DNA of 64,000 bases, from NCBI RefSeq assembly GCF_020745735.1, contig NC_083445.1, positions 9,548,001-9,612,000 of the forward strand. The letters run 5' to 3'. Positions 1-12,550 of this stretch are shown here, one piece after another. This stretch comes from Hemiscyllium ocellatum. Its lineage: Eukaryota. Under the pieces are notes generated by a model. The model had not been told where the DNA came from. It worked only from the letters and a program-made list of their open reading frames with translations, and did no database searches. The translations under genes and the position numbers were made by a program. The first letter of the stretch is position 1. Each line of letters starts with the position of its first letter.

Positions 1-744
1 CCACTAATGGAAACAATTCCTCCTTATTCACTTGAAGGAAACCCCTCATGATTTTGAGAAAGAGCGAGTCAGAGTACAAGAACTGTGCCCTCCAATAGCT
101 ATATTTAAATCTGCACTCATTACATAAATATTTGTATCAGTTGAAACCAACATCAAGAAGAATTGCTTGACTCAGAGATTGATGAGTTTTTGCCAAGTGT
201 GGTCCTTCAGAATGCTGCTAGATGATGTGATGAGAGAGTTAGTGTGCTACAGCTGAGATTTCCAAACATTGGCCCACACACCTTGCCAATCTAGCCATTA
301 GAGACCATGCAACTCCATTCCATTTGCGTTTATGTTTCTGATTCACCAGTTGCTCCTTGTTAAACTGTGTGAGCTTTGGAAAAAGCAGTGTTTAGTGGGC
401 TGTTGACTCAACAGTAGATAAAATTTACATCTGAAAAACAAGATTCATTGGTATCAGCAGTCCATGATCCATGGATGTCGACAGGACATGAAATTAATCT
501 TTATACGTGTTCTCAGACGCATCTGGGCATACACAGGCTAACATCCCTGAAATCCACAAAAGCCAAAAAGCTCAGCACCTTTGCACAACAAGAATGGCCT
601 TTAGTGTCTTGAATGGCCTTTTGGTTCAATCTAGTTATATTCTTCCCAACCTCTCTGCATACAGACAACCTAGACTTTAGACTTCTCATCCATGTTTCGA
701 GAAGTGTTGACTTCATATTTCACTCTACAATTTAAACACAAAGC

Positions 745-1115
745 ACTAGTTTTATAGTGTATGCTGAATAAGTGCTGCACTGTTAGAGGTGCTATCTTTC
801 AGATGCTATCTTGCAACATCAAACTAAGGACCCTTTATCCCATGAGCTGGATTCAAAGATCTCATGGCATTATTTAAAAGAAAAGAGTATGGAAATTATC
901 TCCAGTGTTCTTGCAAATATTTATTCTTTAATCAACATAACTAAAATATGATATTGATCATTATTATTTTGCTGTTTGTGGGAGCTTGCTGTGCTCAAAT
1001 TGGTCACTTCATTTTCTAGATTACAACATTAGCTACTCTTCAAACGTGCAAGTACTTATAGTAAAGAGTGGAGGATCACTCTGTAGTTAAGGGAAGTTTT
1101 ATATAAATGCAAGTC
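745..1115 (+). mobile_element. Deu-domain SINE (SacSINE1/AmnSINE1-like), diverged
   Basis: gtgctgcactgttagaggtgctatctttcagatg...aaagatctcatggcattattt...ttgctgtttgtgggagcttgctgtg. Confidence 0.7.
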
Positions 1116-1339
1116 TTTCTGTTCTTTCTTCTTCCAGATTTTGTTTTATAATATACTTAGCTGCATTTGGAGTTTGCAATATTATGAAAGAATCCCGGTG
1201 TATCATAAAATGTAGATCTGCTGAAGTTTTACATTTGAGGCCTTTTCCATTAGCTATTACATTTCTGATGAAATACTACTAACAGATGTCTGAACCCACG
1301 GATCAATGTTCCAAGAATTGTGTGAAACTTGAATCAAAT

Positions 1340-1743
1340 CTTATTTGGACCACACTTGGATTACTGTGTACAGATCTGGTTCCTATATTATGAGGAAGGA
1401 TACAGAGGCACTGGCGAGATTGCAAAAAATATTTACAAGGAACTGTGACCTCATATCTTAGACAAAGGATAAATGGGGTGTTTTCCTTTTCTTTTGAAGG
1501 AAAAGACAATTGGATAACCTCATTATGCTTTTTGAAATTATAATTTAGACTGAATATAGTGTGCTTCCATTTGTGGGAAAAGGCACAATGGAAGATTATG
1601 AATACTTGATAGTCACCAATAAAAACAAACAGAATTTTGAAGAAATGCCTTCAATTAGTGAAAAATTAAAATGTAAAACCCATAGACACAAGGAGTGGCT
1701 GAAATAAATGGTATAGATGCATTTATGAAAAGGCTAAACATGT
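1340..1743 (+). mobile_element. Degenerate CR1 LINE 3' fragment
   Basis: tctggttcctatattatgaggaaggatacagaggcactgg...atttacaagg resembles the CR1 ORF2 C-terminus (W.PY.RKD..ALE..Q..FT). Confidence 0.55.
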
Positions 1744-2451
1744 AGGATAAAGTGAGAAGTGCAGATGCCGGAGATCAGAGTTGAGACTGTGATGCTGGAA
1801 AAGCACAGCAGGTCAAGCAGCAACCGAGGAGCAGGAGAATTGACATTTTTGGCAAAAGCCCTTCATCAGAAATAAGACTTGTGAGCCAAGAAGGTGGAGA
1901 AGTAAATGGGAGGGGGTGGAGGCTAGGAGGAAGGGAGCTGAGAGTGCGATGGGTAGATGGATGTGGGCAGCAATGGTGATACATCGGAGAGGAGGGTGGA
2001 GCTGATAGATGGGAAGGAAGATGGGCAGTTAGGACAGGTCATGAGGGCGGTGCCAAGTTGAAAGGTTGGATCTGGGACAAGGTGGATGGAGGAGAAATGA
2101 GGAAACTGGTGAAGTCCACATTGATGTTGTGAGGTTAGAGGGTCCCAAGGCAGAAGATGAGGCATTCTTCCTCCAGGCATTGGGTGATTAGGGTATGGCG
2201 ATGGAGGAAGTCCCAAGACCTGCATGTTCTTGGCAGACCCTCCTCTCTGACTTATCACCATTACCCCCAATTTCATCTACTTATCACACTCTCAGCTAGC
2301 TTCCCCCAGCCCCACACCCATCCCATTTATTTCTCTACCCACTTGGATCACAAACCTCACTCCTGATGAAGGGCTTTTGCCCAAAATGTCAATTCTCCTG
2401 CTCCTCGGATGCTGCCTAACGTGCTGTGCTTTTCTAGCACCACACTCTCGA
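1744..2451. mobile_element. PLE-derived fold-back element (family 1), older
   Basis: 1744-2236 is the PLE 3' end on the minus strand (homologous to 35413-35850; includes the MQVLG remnant). 2237-2451 is an inverted copy. Both hammerhead motifs are decayed (GAAAC>AAAAT). Inserted in a CR1 fragment. Confidence 0.85.
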
Positions 2452-3524
2452 AGTTAAATAAGTTCATTAGTGTTAGGCTGGTATGTGATAGACAAGGAAG
2501 GATGGAATGAGATTTAAGTGGAATGTAAAAGTTGACATGCAGCACCTAGTGTCAATATTACATATTCTATGTAATTCCATCTAAGTTCTATGACAGAAAT
2601 ACTATCAGTTTAACTGATCACTGCAGCACATCTGCATGCCAATCAAAATCTTGTTTATATTATTCACAGCACAAGGCACCCTCTCTGATTCCAAGCATAT
2701 TTTTCATTTTGCTTTCCATTACTCAGCACTAACTCCTGAACAAAGTCTTTATGTCACTCACGTGCAGATACACCTGGCTCACACTCACACATTCACCCAT
2801 CAAATCTGGCACTCACCAAATGAGGACGAAGAAAACACAACTTGTTTTGTTCTGCACACACATTCAGAATTACACAGACTCTTAATCACTTCTGCACACT
2901 CATGTTGTGACTGATCAAACACTCATATGTGGAATCGCAATACCTCACTTCCCCCACTTAACTGTACTCATTCATTAGAACATAAGAAGTAGGAGCAGGG
3001 GTTGGCTATTCAGCCTCTCAAGCCTGCATCACCATTCAGTATGATCATGGCTGGTCTCATCTCAGCCTGAACTCACTTTTGTGCCTCCTCCCTGTAACCT
3101 TTCAACTCATTGCTAATTAAATTTCTGTTCAATGAACAATCCTTACTAACATGTACTTTCTGTCCATGACTTGCAATTGCAATTAAAAAGATCCATGCTT
3201 TTAGCTTTTCATTGGTGATGGTCAACAGCTAATTTAATATCTGTAACTGGAAAACAGTTTTAGTCCTGTTTGTATTTCTATTCACCTTTCAGCTTGACTT
3301 GTATACACACTCATTGTAAAAATGTATTTATCCCACTCACAAATTGAATCAAATTTTCTCTCTCTTCCTCACACACATAGACACAAACAACACACAGCCT
3401 TTCTTTCCATATATTGTATCCTCCAATAATTCATCTTTATAACTAGGGTCTTCAGAACAAGTCGTCCTCAAATTTTAGTAGTCTTATAAACTAGTTGACT
3501 TATTAATATATTGCCATTGCATTA

Positions 3525-3705
3525 AGGTTTGGTTAGCTTAGTTGGTGGAATGGTTGGTTTGTGATACAATATGACGCCAACAGCATGGGTTCAATTCCCT
3601 CACCATCCAAAGTTGCCATGCAAAACTCTCCTTCACACCTCTTTCTGATATGTTGTGACCCTCTGGTTAAAGTACTATCAGTCATCACTCTCTCTAATGA
3701 GTGGT
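3525..3705 (+). mobile_element. Short tRNA-derived SINE (family B); other copies at ~33170-33310, ~39838-40015 and ~41155-41350 (all -)
   Basis: A box ttagcttagttgg and B box gggttcaattcc; shared body among the four copies. Confidence 0.6.
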
Positions 3706-3944
3706 GGCAATAGCAACTTTGCAAATGCATTAGTACTAATGTGTATCTGTTGATGTATTGCTTGCCTTTGAAGCATTAATGTTGTTCTTGAGCAGTTAAA
3801 ATGAAGTGACTCCTACAGTGGGCTGATAATTGTAGGCAGTCTCTGATAGTTGGAGTTGTAAGCATGGTACAATGCTGTACTGCATGGAAATTTATATAAA
3901 TGCCAATCTGTTGCTTAGTATTTGAGGCTCCTCCGAAGGAGGCT

Positions 3945-4310
3945 GTAGCATTCTTGTCACTGAGTGGTAGATTAAATCCCACCCCAGTGATTTAAGGGCA
4001 AGAATTGAGGCTGATACTTCAGTGCCGTATGTTCCAGGTGCTGCCGATAAACTTAAACCCAGATCCCATGCCATTTTAAGAAAGAACTGAAGGGTTTAAT
4101 CTGTGGTGTGTGGACAATATTTTTCCTTATGTCAATATCACACGAGCACTTTATCTGGTTATTTTCATATAATTGTTTGTGGGGGCTTGCTGTGTCAGTA
4201 TTTGTATGCCGAATTTCCTCATAGCGCAACTTCACGAGTACTGCATTGGCTGCAAAACACTTGGGGACTTCCCAAATTTGTGAATGGAGCTACAGAAGTG
4301 CAAGCCTGTC
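3945..4310 (+). mobile_element. Deu-domain SINE, diverged
   Basis: agatcccatgccattttaagaaagaa...ttgtttgtgggggcttgctgtg; matches 745-1115. Confidence 0.6.
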
Positions 4311-5314
4311 CTTTTTAAAAACTCACTTCTCAATGGATTTTCGGGATTGTGCCAGTATTTTCAATATCTCTCCTGGGGTACGTCCGAATTGCAGTGGGGT
4401 CATTCCTTTAGAAATATATAACGCAGAAGATGCTGGAAGAATTAGCAATTAGATTAGCGACCTAATGCACACAATGACCACTGTGATTCTCTGTCGGAGT
4501 CTGTTTCTGTCTCTGCTGCCAGACTTGCTGAATTTCAGTAGCTCCTTCTCTTTACATTATAACTCCTTCACCATGTATTTTGCATTGTTAACGTTAACTG
4601 AAAAAAATACTGCAATGTTGATAACTTTTTTCCTCAAAAAGAAACTGCAGTGCCACATTACTTCCAGTATATACTGTAGAATTTCTTCCCCCCCCCCCCC
4701 CCCACACACACACACAAAAGTACATTGAAATTGTCAAAACAGGAGTCTAATGCAGGGAGTGAAGGGTTAAAGTTGCAATCATTGATACTGCAGTTATGTT
4801 GCGTCATACTAGGTTTTTCTGACCTTCCTGTTAAAATGAGCCCAGTTTATTGGACAACTTAACAGCGGATTTATGAGCAGTCAGTAATGAGGAACATTGA
4901 TACCACTGTCCGGTCGATTAGATCCTGAGAGTGGGAACCAGGTGAAAAAATTAATCATAGTGTTATTTGAGAACTTCAGGTAAACATGAACGTGGCCTCA
5001 GTCTTCGCGTTAAACAAATATCAAACCACGACCAGCTTCAATCAGATTTCTGGCTCTGGCTGGAACCCCACAGAAGCCCGCCCATAGTCCAACGCCACAG
5101 GCCCAACTAATTACACCAAAATACTAATTATTGACTGTCACACTTTAAGCTAATCTATAATCCCCTCTAGATAAGAACTTTATGTTGCCATGTTGATTTC
5201 TGTGGGAATTTCAACGTTGCCATAGCCTGCGGCTAATGACTGTACAGTAATATCACTAAATAAAGTTAAAAATCACACAATACCAGGTTATAGTCCAACA
5301 GGTTTAATTGGAAG

Positions 5315-5349
5315 CACTAGCTTTCGGAGTGACGCTCCTTCATCAGGTA
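5315..5349 (-). ncRNA. Minimal hammerhead ribozyme motif (opposite arm)
   Basis: Minus strand reads TAC-CTGATGA-A-GGAGCGTCACTCC-GAAA-GCTA^GTG. Confidence 0.7.
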
Positions 5350-5975
5350 ATAGTGGAGGGCTCGATCGTAACACAGAATTTATAGCAAAAATTTACAGTG
5401 TGATGTAACTGAAATTATACATTGAAAAATTGATTGTCTGTTAAGCCTTTCATCTGTCAGAATACAGTGATAGTTTCACTTCTTTCATGTGTAAATCACA
5501 AAACCTTTTTTTAAAAGTTGCATTCTCGGGTTAGCTGTTAACAGTGGTGATAGCTAGACAATATGTTGAAGGAGTTAGCCCCCTGTCTTCTCTGTCTATG
5601 CCATGATGTTTAGATTGATTCTCATCTAAAAAGTGAGATAACAGAGTTTTACATAAATTCATGCAGTTTTTGAGCTCAGAGTTCTACATGAATGTATGCA
5701 GTTTTTGAGCAAAGTACAATGCAACCCTGCAAGTACAAATTCACCCCACAAAATATATGTGTGCATGTGGGTCTTTGTGTGTGTCTGTCTGTCTGGGGTG
5801 GGCGTTGTGAGTGTGAGAAAATGTGTGTGTTTGTGTGTGTGTGCGTGTAGTGAGTGCAGAGTGTCTTAAGTCTGTGAGGGGGTGCATGTGTGAGTGTGGG
5901 AGTGTGTGTGTGTCTGTAAGTGTGTGTGTGGGTGTCTGTGTGCGCGTCTCTGTGCACCTGTGTCTGCACGGACAT

Positions 5976-6010
5976 CACCTGATGAAGGAGCGTCGCTCCG
6001 AAAGCTAGTG
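5976..6010 (+). ncRNA. Minimal hammerhead ribozyme motif
   Basis: CAC-CTGATGA-A-GGAGC-GTC-GCTCC-GAAA-GCTA^GTG: perfect 5-bp helix II, helix I CAC/GTG, palindromic AGCT. Confidence 0.8.
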
Positions 6011-6279
6011 TGCTTCCAATTCAACCTGTTGGACTATAACCTGGTGTTGTGTGATTTTTAACTTTATACATCCCAGTCCAACACATCTTTAAATCATGAT
6101 CACTAAATAAGGGAGCATTGCATGTTCTAAATTGCCAACTCGTCGTGACCAAACAGCAATTTATTGCAATCCATAGGGTAAAATGTGGATAAAAGTTTCG
6201 TTTCTCTTAGCTCTCGAGCTTGTAATCAATAACTGAATGAAAAGTTGAAGACAAGGACCAGAAAGCAATGCATCAACTC

Positions 6280-6955
6280 TCACTGTTTTCTTTATTTCAA
6301 TTTCTCTTTTCCTCGCTTTCTTGTTCCCATTGTTTTCTCTCTCCGTCTCCTCACCTCTCTTCCTTTCTCATTCCTTTTTTTAACTTGCTATCTATTTCTT
6401 GTTTTCTCTTCCTATTTATTTCTGTCCTTATTTCTTGTCTCTCGACTTGTTTCTTTCTATCTCACTTTCTCCCTTTTTTCTCCAATTCTCTATTAATCTC
6501 CTCCTTTCTTCCTATCTCTGACTGTCGCTTAGTCCATCGCTATTTTTCTCTCCCTCTCTAATGTTCTTCCTCTCTATTCCTTTCTACTTTTTCTCTCAAT
6601 GTCTCCTCTCTTTTTTTCTTATTTCTCACCCTTTCTCTATTTTGCCTAATTCTCTGCCTCTTTCTACTTTATCTCTCAGTTTCTATTTTCTCTCTCTACT
6701 TCTCCCCTGTTTTCCTCTTCATTTCTTTCCCTTTTTGCTCTCTCTACATTTCTCCCCTCCCTTTTTATTTTTTTCTATTTACCTCCCCCATTTGCTTTTC
6801 TATTTCTTTCCCTCTCTATTTTCTATTTCTCTCCGCTTTCTTTTATCTTAATTTTTCACATTCTCTCTATGTCCTCTCTATTTCTCTTTTTTAAAAAAAT
6901 CTCTCTATTCCAGCTCACCCTCTTTTTCTATTTCTCTCTCCCTCGCTTTTTTTTC
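6280..6955. repeat. Polypyrimidine (CT-rich) low-complexity tract
   Basis: About 670 bp almost devoid of G on the + strand. Confidence 0.9.
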
Positions 6956-7524
6956 ACACTGTGTCACTGTTTTCACTCTGCCTGTTTCTACCTTTCATTC
7001 CTTCCGCTGAAAACGACCTGCGGCCCCAAGTCCCGCGTACTGCCTTGACACGGTGTGGAGCGGAGAACACCGTGCGCTTGTTAACAGCGCCGAGGCCAAC
7101 AACGAACATAGACGGTTGGATGATTTGATGAAATCTTCCTGACATTCTCTGTAAAATGCACAACGTTACTCTTCCGTCTACCAGATCCCCCCTCCCCCCA
7201 TGCAACCCCCTCCCCTCCCCACACCCCGACTCGAAACACATGCCCTCCCCCTCCTCAAACATGGGATGCTAACACAGACGGCTTGTTACAGGGTTGGAGG
7301 CGCAAGCATGTAGCTGGGATCTCCGAATGTCTCCGCAGCGTTTGTTCGATCCGCAATGTTACCCTGCTCGAAATATTTTAGGATCGTCTATTAAGTTAAA
7401 TTAATAAAGTTAAACGAGTGAGCAGTTGACCTACTTTAATATGAAAGCGGGTTAATCCAATTTATTCCAGCAAATGGTGAATGGACTGAATGGCTGGGAT
7501 ACTAGGGCTGCAAATGTCCGTAAC

Positions 7525-7990
7525 CCCCCCCCCCCCCCAGCCCATCCACCATTGATTACCGCCCTTTCCCCACTGATCTCCGTCCCCCATTGATCACCCT
7601 CCCCCACTGATTATCACTTCCCTCCCCCATTGATCGGTCCCCTCCCCCCAAAATAATCTCCCCCTCTCCGAGGATCCCCCCGTTCCCCCATTGATCACCC
7701 CAACTCGCCCAATGTTCATCACTCCCTTTCCCCACTGATCATTCCCTTTCCCAATATCACATCCATTCTCCTACTGATCACCAGCCCCTCCGTCACTGTT
7801 CCTCTCTATTGATCACCCACACTCCCCCACTAATCACCACCTCACTCCCCACTGACTCCTTCCTTACTGATTCCCCCTACTCACTGGTCGCCATTCCCTT
7901 CCCCACTGATTCCTCTCCCCTGCTGATAATTACCCCATCCCCCACTAATCACCCCTCAGGCCACCATCCCCTTCCCCCACTGATCCCAAA
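7525..7990. repeat. C-rich degenerate minisatellite (core cccca(c/t)tgatc, ~23-25 bp period)
   Basis: Recurrent ccccactgat/ccccattgat units. Confidence 0.8.
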
Positions 7991-8611
7991 TATTCGGACA
8001 TTATTTGAATTAATTACTGAGGTAGATGGTAGAGGATATTACATTGCTGGAAATTAAGCCATGGACTTGTTCCAGTTAGTTCATGTTTCAACAGAAGATT
8101 GGCAATATTCAATGTTAGAGGTACCATGTGCAGTTCAGTTGCCGCTCATTCCTCTAAGTTAAATGAATTGTTTGCTTCCCCACCACATCCCTTCACTCTC
8201 CCCCACTTAAGAACAAGTGAAATATTGGTCCCAAAACTAACACACCAGTCTAAATTCAGGGGTTACTTCCAAAGCGGTTATTTTAGAACCACATTTGTGG
8301 CTCTCTGCGTAGGCGGGGTTTTTTTTTGGTTGTTAAAACCTCTTCACTGCGGTAAACATCGCAGAAGCTTGTGAAATGCAATATTATTAAAATGTGGTCA
8401 GTGAGAAGTGTCACTAATGGCGGTCGCGAAGCCTCATAAGGAGACAAAAAACTTTTTTTCAAGGTCTCATGACCGGGCGCATCTTCCGACACCTGCTGTC
8501 CCTTAAATCGAAAGTCATTGACTCGCTCTGACCTCCAAAGATGCAGACTCACAACACAACTGCTTTAACCTCATCATCCCCAGTCCACACACACGGGCTC
8601 GAGACCTCGCT

Positions 8612-9290
8612 CATATATATATATATATATACACACACAAACATGTAGACACATATGCAAATATAGATATATACAACAGTCTCATGCACAAACATATGAA
8701 CACAAACACACATACAGGCACACAAACACAGACGCAAACACATATACGCAACACACTATCACACACAAACATACATACACACGCAGAAACATGCTTGCAA
8801 ACACGCACACAAACACAAACATCAACACAAATAGACAAAACCACTGTCTCATATGCAAACATATATACACATACACAAATATACATACAGAAACACACAA
8901 ACATACCTACACTTACATACACACATGCAAACATACAAAGAGACAACACAATCTCACATGCAAACATAATACATAAGCAGATATATAAACATATACATAC
9001 ATGCATATAGACAACAAACTCTCTCTCAACCACAAACATACATACAGACACATACACAATCTTTATTTCACACACAGTCTTCCTCACATACAGTCTCTCT
9101 TTTTCACAGACATTCACACACAAACACCTACATACGGATACACACATATTTGGATACACGTACACATGCAAGCACCTATACACACAAACATATACATACA
9201 TATAGACAGACACATCTGTGCATACACCCATACAGATATATGCACACATACATAAAGGGTTAACACATGCATGCATTCAGACCCACACAC
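8612..9290. repeat. (TA)n/(CA)-rich degenerate microsatellite
   Basis: Visible directly; source of several spurious ORFs. Confidence 0.9.
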
Positions 9291-10504
9291 AAAGACACTT
9301 AATTTTCAACTTTCCATTCACTGCTTATTTGGCAAAGAGACTAGTGGAGTGAATGGACATGTCACTATCTCTTTATTTACATTAACGCAGTAAATATAAA
9401 TTTAATACATTGTAAAGCAAAATGTGATTTAAAAAACAAAGAAGGCGAACGCCTGATTAGATTTCATATTGCGCATTGTTTGTTTATTGTAAAATGTTCA
9501 ACATTTTTTAGATATTGTGAGGAGGTAGATACACACTGATTGGCCACAAAACCGAAAAGCTGACAAAAGAGATAACACACTCCAACCTCATATGCTGAAA
9601 GCCAACTTTATATAACATATTAATTGATGACAGATGAAGACTCCTCATTGAGGCGAGAAATGGTCACATCATTTCAATTAATTGGTCATATCTGTTATAT
9701 TTTAGATTTTATTTTATATTTTAGTGCCTTTTCAAACACTGAACATTTCTCGAGCCTTGTTTGTCCGGGAACTGGGAGTGAAGGAAAGAATGTGGTTGGA
9801 ATTAACAAGACGACTCTCGGGTTAATATTTTGAGAGAAAAAAAGTAAACGGTAGCGACGGGGAAGTCTGCCGAGACTATCAGCTGTACACAACTTTGCAG
9901 TATCTCTCCAGGTAGAATGTGACAGAACTATCGCAGCAAGCTTTTACCCTAAGATTCTCAATGTGTTTGAATTCGATTTTCCTTTTTTTCATAAAAAACG
10001 CTCGATTATTTCTTAACTTCTAGCGAGACAGCCAAAGAAAAATATCAAATTGTCCTTTATTTTGAGCCTCAAAATTTAACCGGCGTAGGATTCATTCATT
10101 GTAATTGTTTAATGTTCATTGGTGGAGTGCACATGGACGTAGCTATCTCTTACTTTAAAAAGTATGTATAAATCTCTCCAAGTGACTTTGATAATTGCAA
10201 CCAGCTCTGCTTCAATTTAATCCAAAAAGGTATGGAATAGGCCCCGAATTGGCAAATTGGGGCAAAAACAAATGAAATTATTTAAATTATTAAAAAGGAT
10301 GAAGATATTTTCTTAAGGTGGTGTTCGAATTATCAATGGAGGAATTGAAAAAAGATTAAAATACATTTCTTTGAAAAGGGATGTGGAACGAAATCTTTAG
10401 AGGAATAGCAAATCTGCATTGCAATGTCAATCTCTTCTAACTGACGAAACCATCGTGACTAAAACTGACTGCACACTCCTGCCAACTTTCCCCCGACTTC
10501 ATTG

Positions 10505-11040
10505 GAGGGAAAACAGTTAATATTTCAAGTTCAGTGACCCTGCTTCAGAATTCGATTCGAAACATTTGCTCTGTTTCTCCTTCTCCCTTCACAGACACTG
10601 CCAGGCCTGCTGAGTTTCTCCAGTAATTTCTGTTTTTGTTTCAGATTTCCACAGTCCGCAGTTCTTTGTTTTATCCCTCTGTCATTTATTGTTGTTTAGG
10701 TGGATTTTGAATATTCTTTCTCAGCAACTCCGGCATTTGCCACTAAACAACTATCCTTTCGTGCGGGGGGACAACAGTGCCCGAAGTTTTGACGTCTCCA
10801 CCTCGGTCAGTTAAAAGATCCGTAGCACAAGATAAAACAAAGAACTGCGAATGCTGGAGATCTAAAACAAATCAAAGCAGAAAGTGCTGGAGAAAATCAG
10901 ACTGGCAGTATCTGTGGAGGAGAGGGAAACAAAATTAACATTTAGATTCCTGTAACCCTTCCTCAGAATTAGACTCGAAGCATTGACTGTTTTTCTCTCT
11001 CCTACAGAATTTCATCAGCAATTTTTTTTGTTTTTTTTCA
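10505..11040. mobile_element. Two PLE pLTR-like short elements (family 3) in opposite orientation (~10505-10675 and ~10832-11040)
   Basis: cgcagttctttgttttatc versus gataaaacaaagaactgcg; each has an internal inversion and decayed CTGA(A/G)-type...GAAA hammerhead remnants. Confidence 0.6.
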
Positions 11041-12262
11041 GACTATATAATTTTGGGCTCCAGAATTAAAACGAAAAAAGAGACTTTATTAAACATATTA
11101 TTCTAATGCTTGGCTGTGGAACTATCTTACGTACATTTTCACGCTCTGGTCTTTGCTTCGAATTTGATCAGAGAACAAATGGTAACTTTAGATAGAGGTG
11201 GCGAGGTGATTGAGTGGTGCTTGTTAGTTGAACACGGCGGTTGCGAAAGAACTGAAGCAGTCGTGAGAAAGAGCCTTATTCGGTTGTGTGTTAACCGTGA
11301 TAACATTCGTTTTTAACGATTTTTGAAAGGGAGTGTGTGCTTGTTGAGAAAAATACGAATATTCTCCAGATTGTGGCAATATTCAGTTTTATACCATTGA
11401 TAATTGTGAAACAAAACATACCTATTTGAAATAACGTTGATGCAAACAATTTATTGTTAGACCGACTGAGATATGAAAAAAAATCGACAACCACTTGGAA
11501 ACCACAAAATTGCAAGATTCAAAATACTTTCTTATAAATTTAAAACATTGACATAGAGGTCATTATTGTAAGTGAACCAATCCCGTGTGCCACATTTAAA
11601 ACAAAGCCTGGGAACATTGTTAAGAAATTAAATAATAATTGTGCAGGGAATAAAAACAACATTAAATATGATCTCAAATATTTATGAAAACACGACATTT
11701 ACAGAACATTTTGTCAGAACAAAATCACATAATTCATGAACAAAAAAGGTATTTTAATGCGTTTGAACACAGCGTTAAACACTGTGTAACAGAACTCCAG
11801 TACGGGGTTAAGGAGTAACAAACAGATCGGTATTTTAATTCTAAACCCACATAGAGTGCAGCTTTTCATTTTCAATACGTAAAATTAATATTAGTTACTT
11901 ATATTATGGACACCGCTTTGAAAAAATAAAAGCAGCCCAGTATCAATTTCTTCCGGCGCTGAAGCTTCTAATTTAAAAGGTTGAATTTCGGAATCAAAGT
12001 AAAATCTTCTTGGCACAGTTATTTAAAATGTTTCTTCTTCGCATTCCATGTTGGAGTTTACACAGGAAGGTTGTGATTTAGATCGATTTGATATTCGCCA
12101 TTAAGTTGTACAAATAACGAGGAGTTCAACAAGTTAAAAGAAGTTTAGGTGTCATACTAAGTTTTTATAAAGAAGCAGTTTAGAGCTTTAGAAATCTTCC
12201 GATAGTAGAATGGTTCGGATAGTTTTTGGCTCATTTCATTGCAACCTTCTTGAATATCTACG

Positions 12263-12550
12263 ATGTGTGTGTATCATTGTGTATGTATAACTGTGTGTAC
12301 GTGTATCTACATGTGGGTATCTCTGCGCCTGTGTATCTGTGTATGCGTATTTGTATGTTTCTGTGTCTCTGTATCTCTGTGAGTATCTGTATGTGTGTGT
12401 GTTGTGTATGAATGTATGTGTGTGCCTACCTGTTTGTCTGTGTATGTATCTGTGTATATTTCTGGGCGTGCCCGTGTTTTTGTGTTTCTCTTCGTGTGTT
12501 TCTGTGTCTGTTTTTCTGTTTGTGCATGTCTGTCTGAGATTGTATTTCTG
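12263..12550. repeat. (TG)-rich degenerate microsatellite
   Basis: Visible directly. Confidence 0.85.

Larger units (their letters stand above)
5262..6098. mobile_element. Non-autonomous PLE-derived fold-back element (family 2) with inverted pLTR arms
   Basis: Arms at ~5262-5349 and ~5976-6065 are reverse complements; ~35-nt extra tail at the right end; (GT)-rich interior; TSD atcactaaat(aa) at 5252-5261 and 6099-6108. Confidence 0.85.

Noticed and set aside
6245-6851. Hydrophobic Phe/Leu/Ser ORFs resembling membrane proteins
   Set aside because: Translation of the polypyrimidine tract.
8549-9276. Cys/Val- or His/Thr-rich ORFs up to 221 aa
   Set aside because: Translations of the CA/TG microsatellite.
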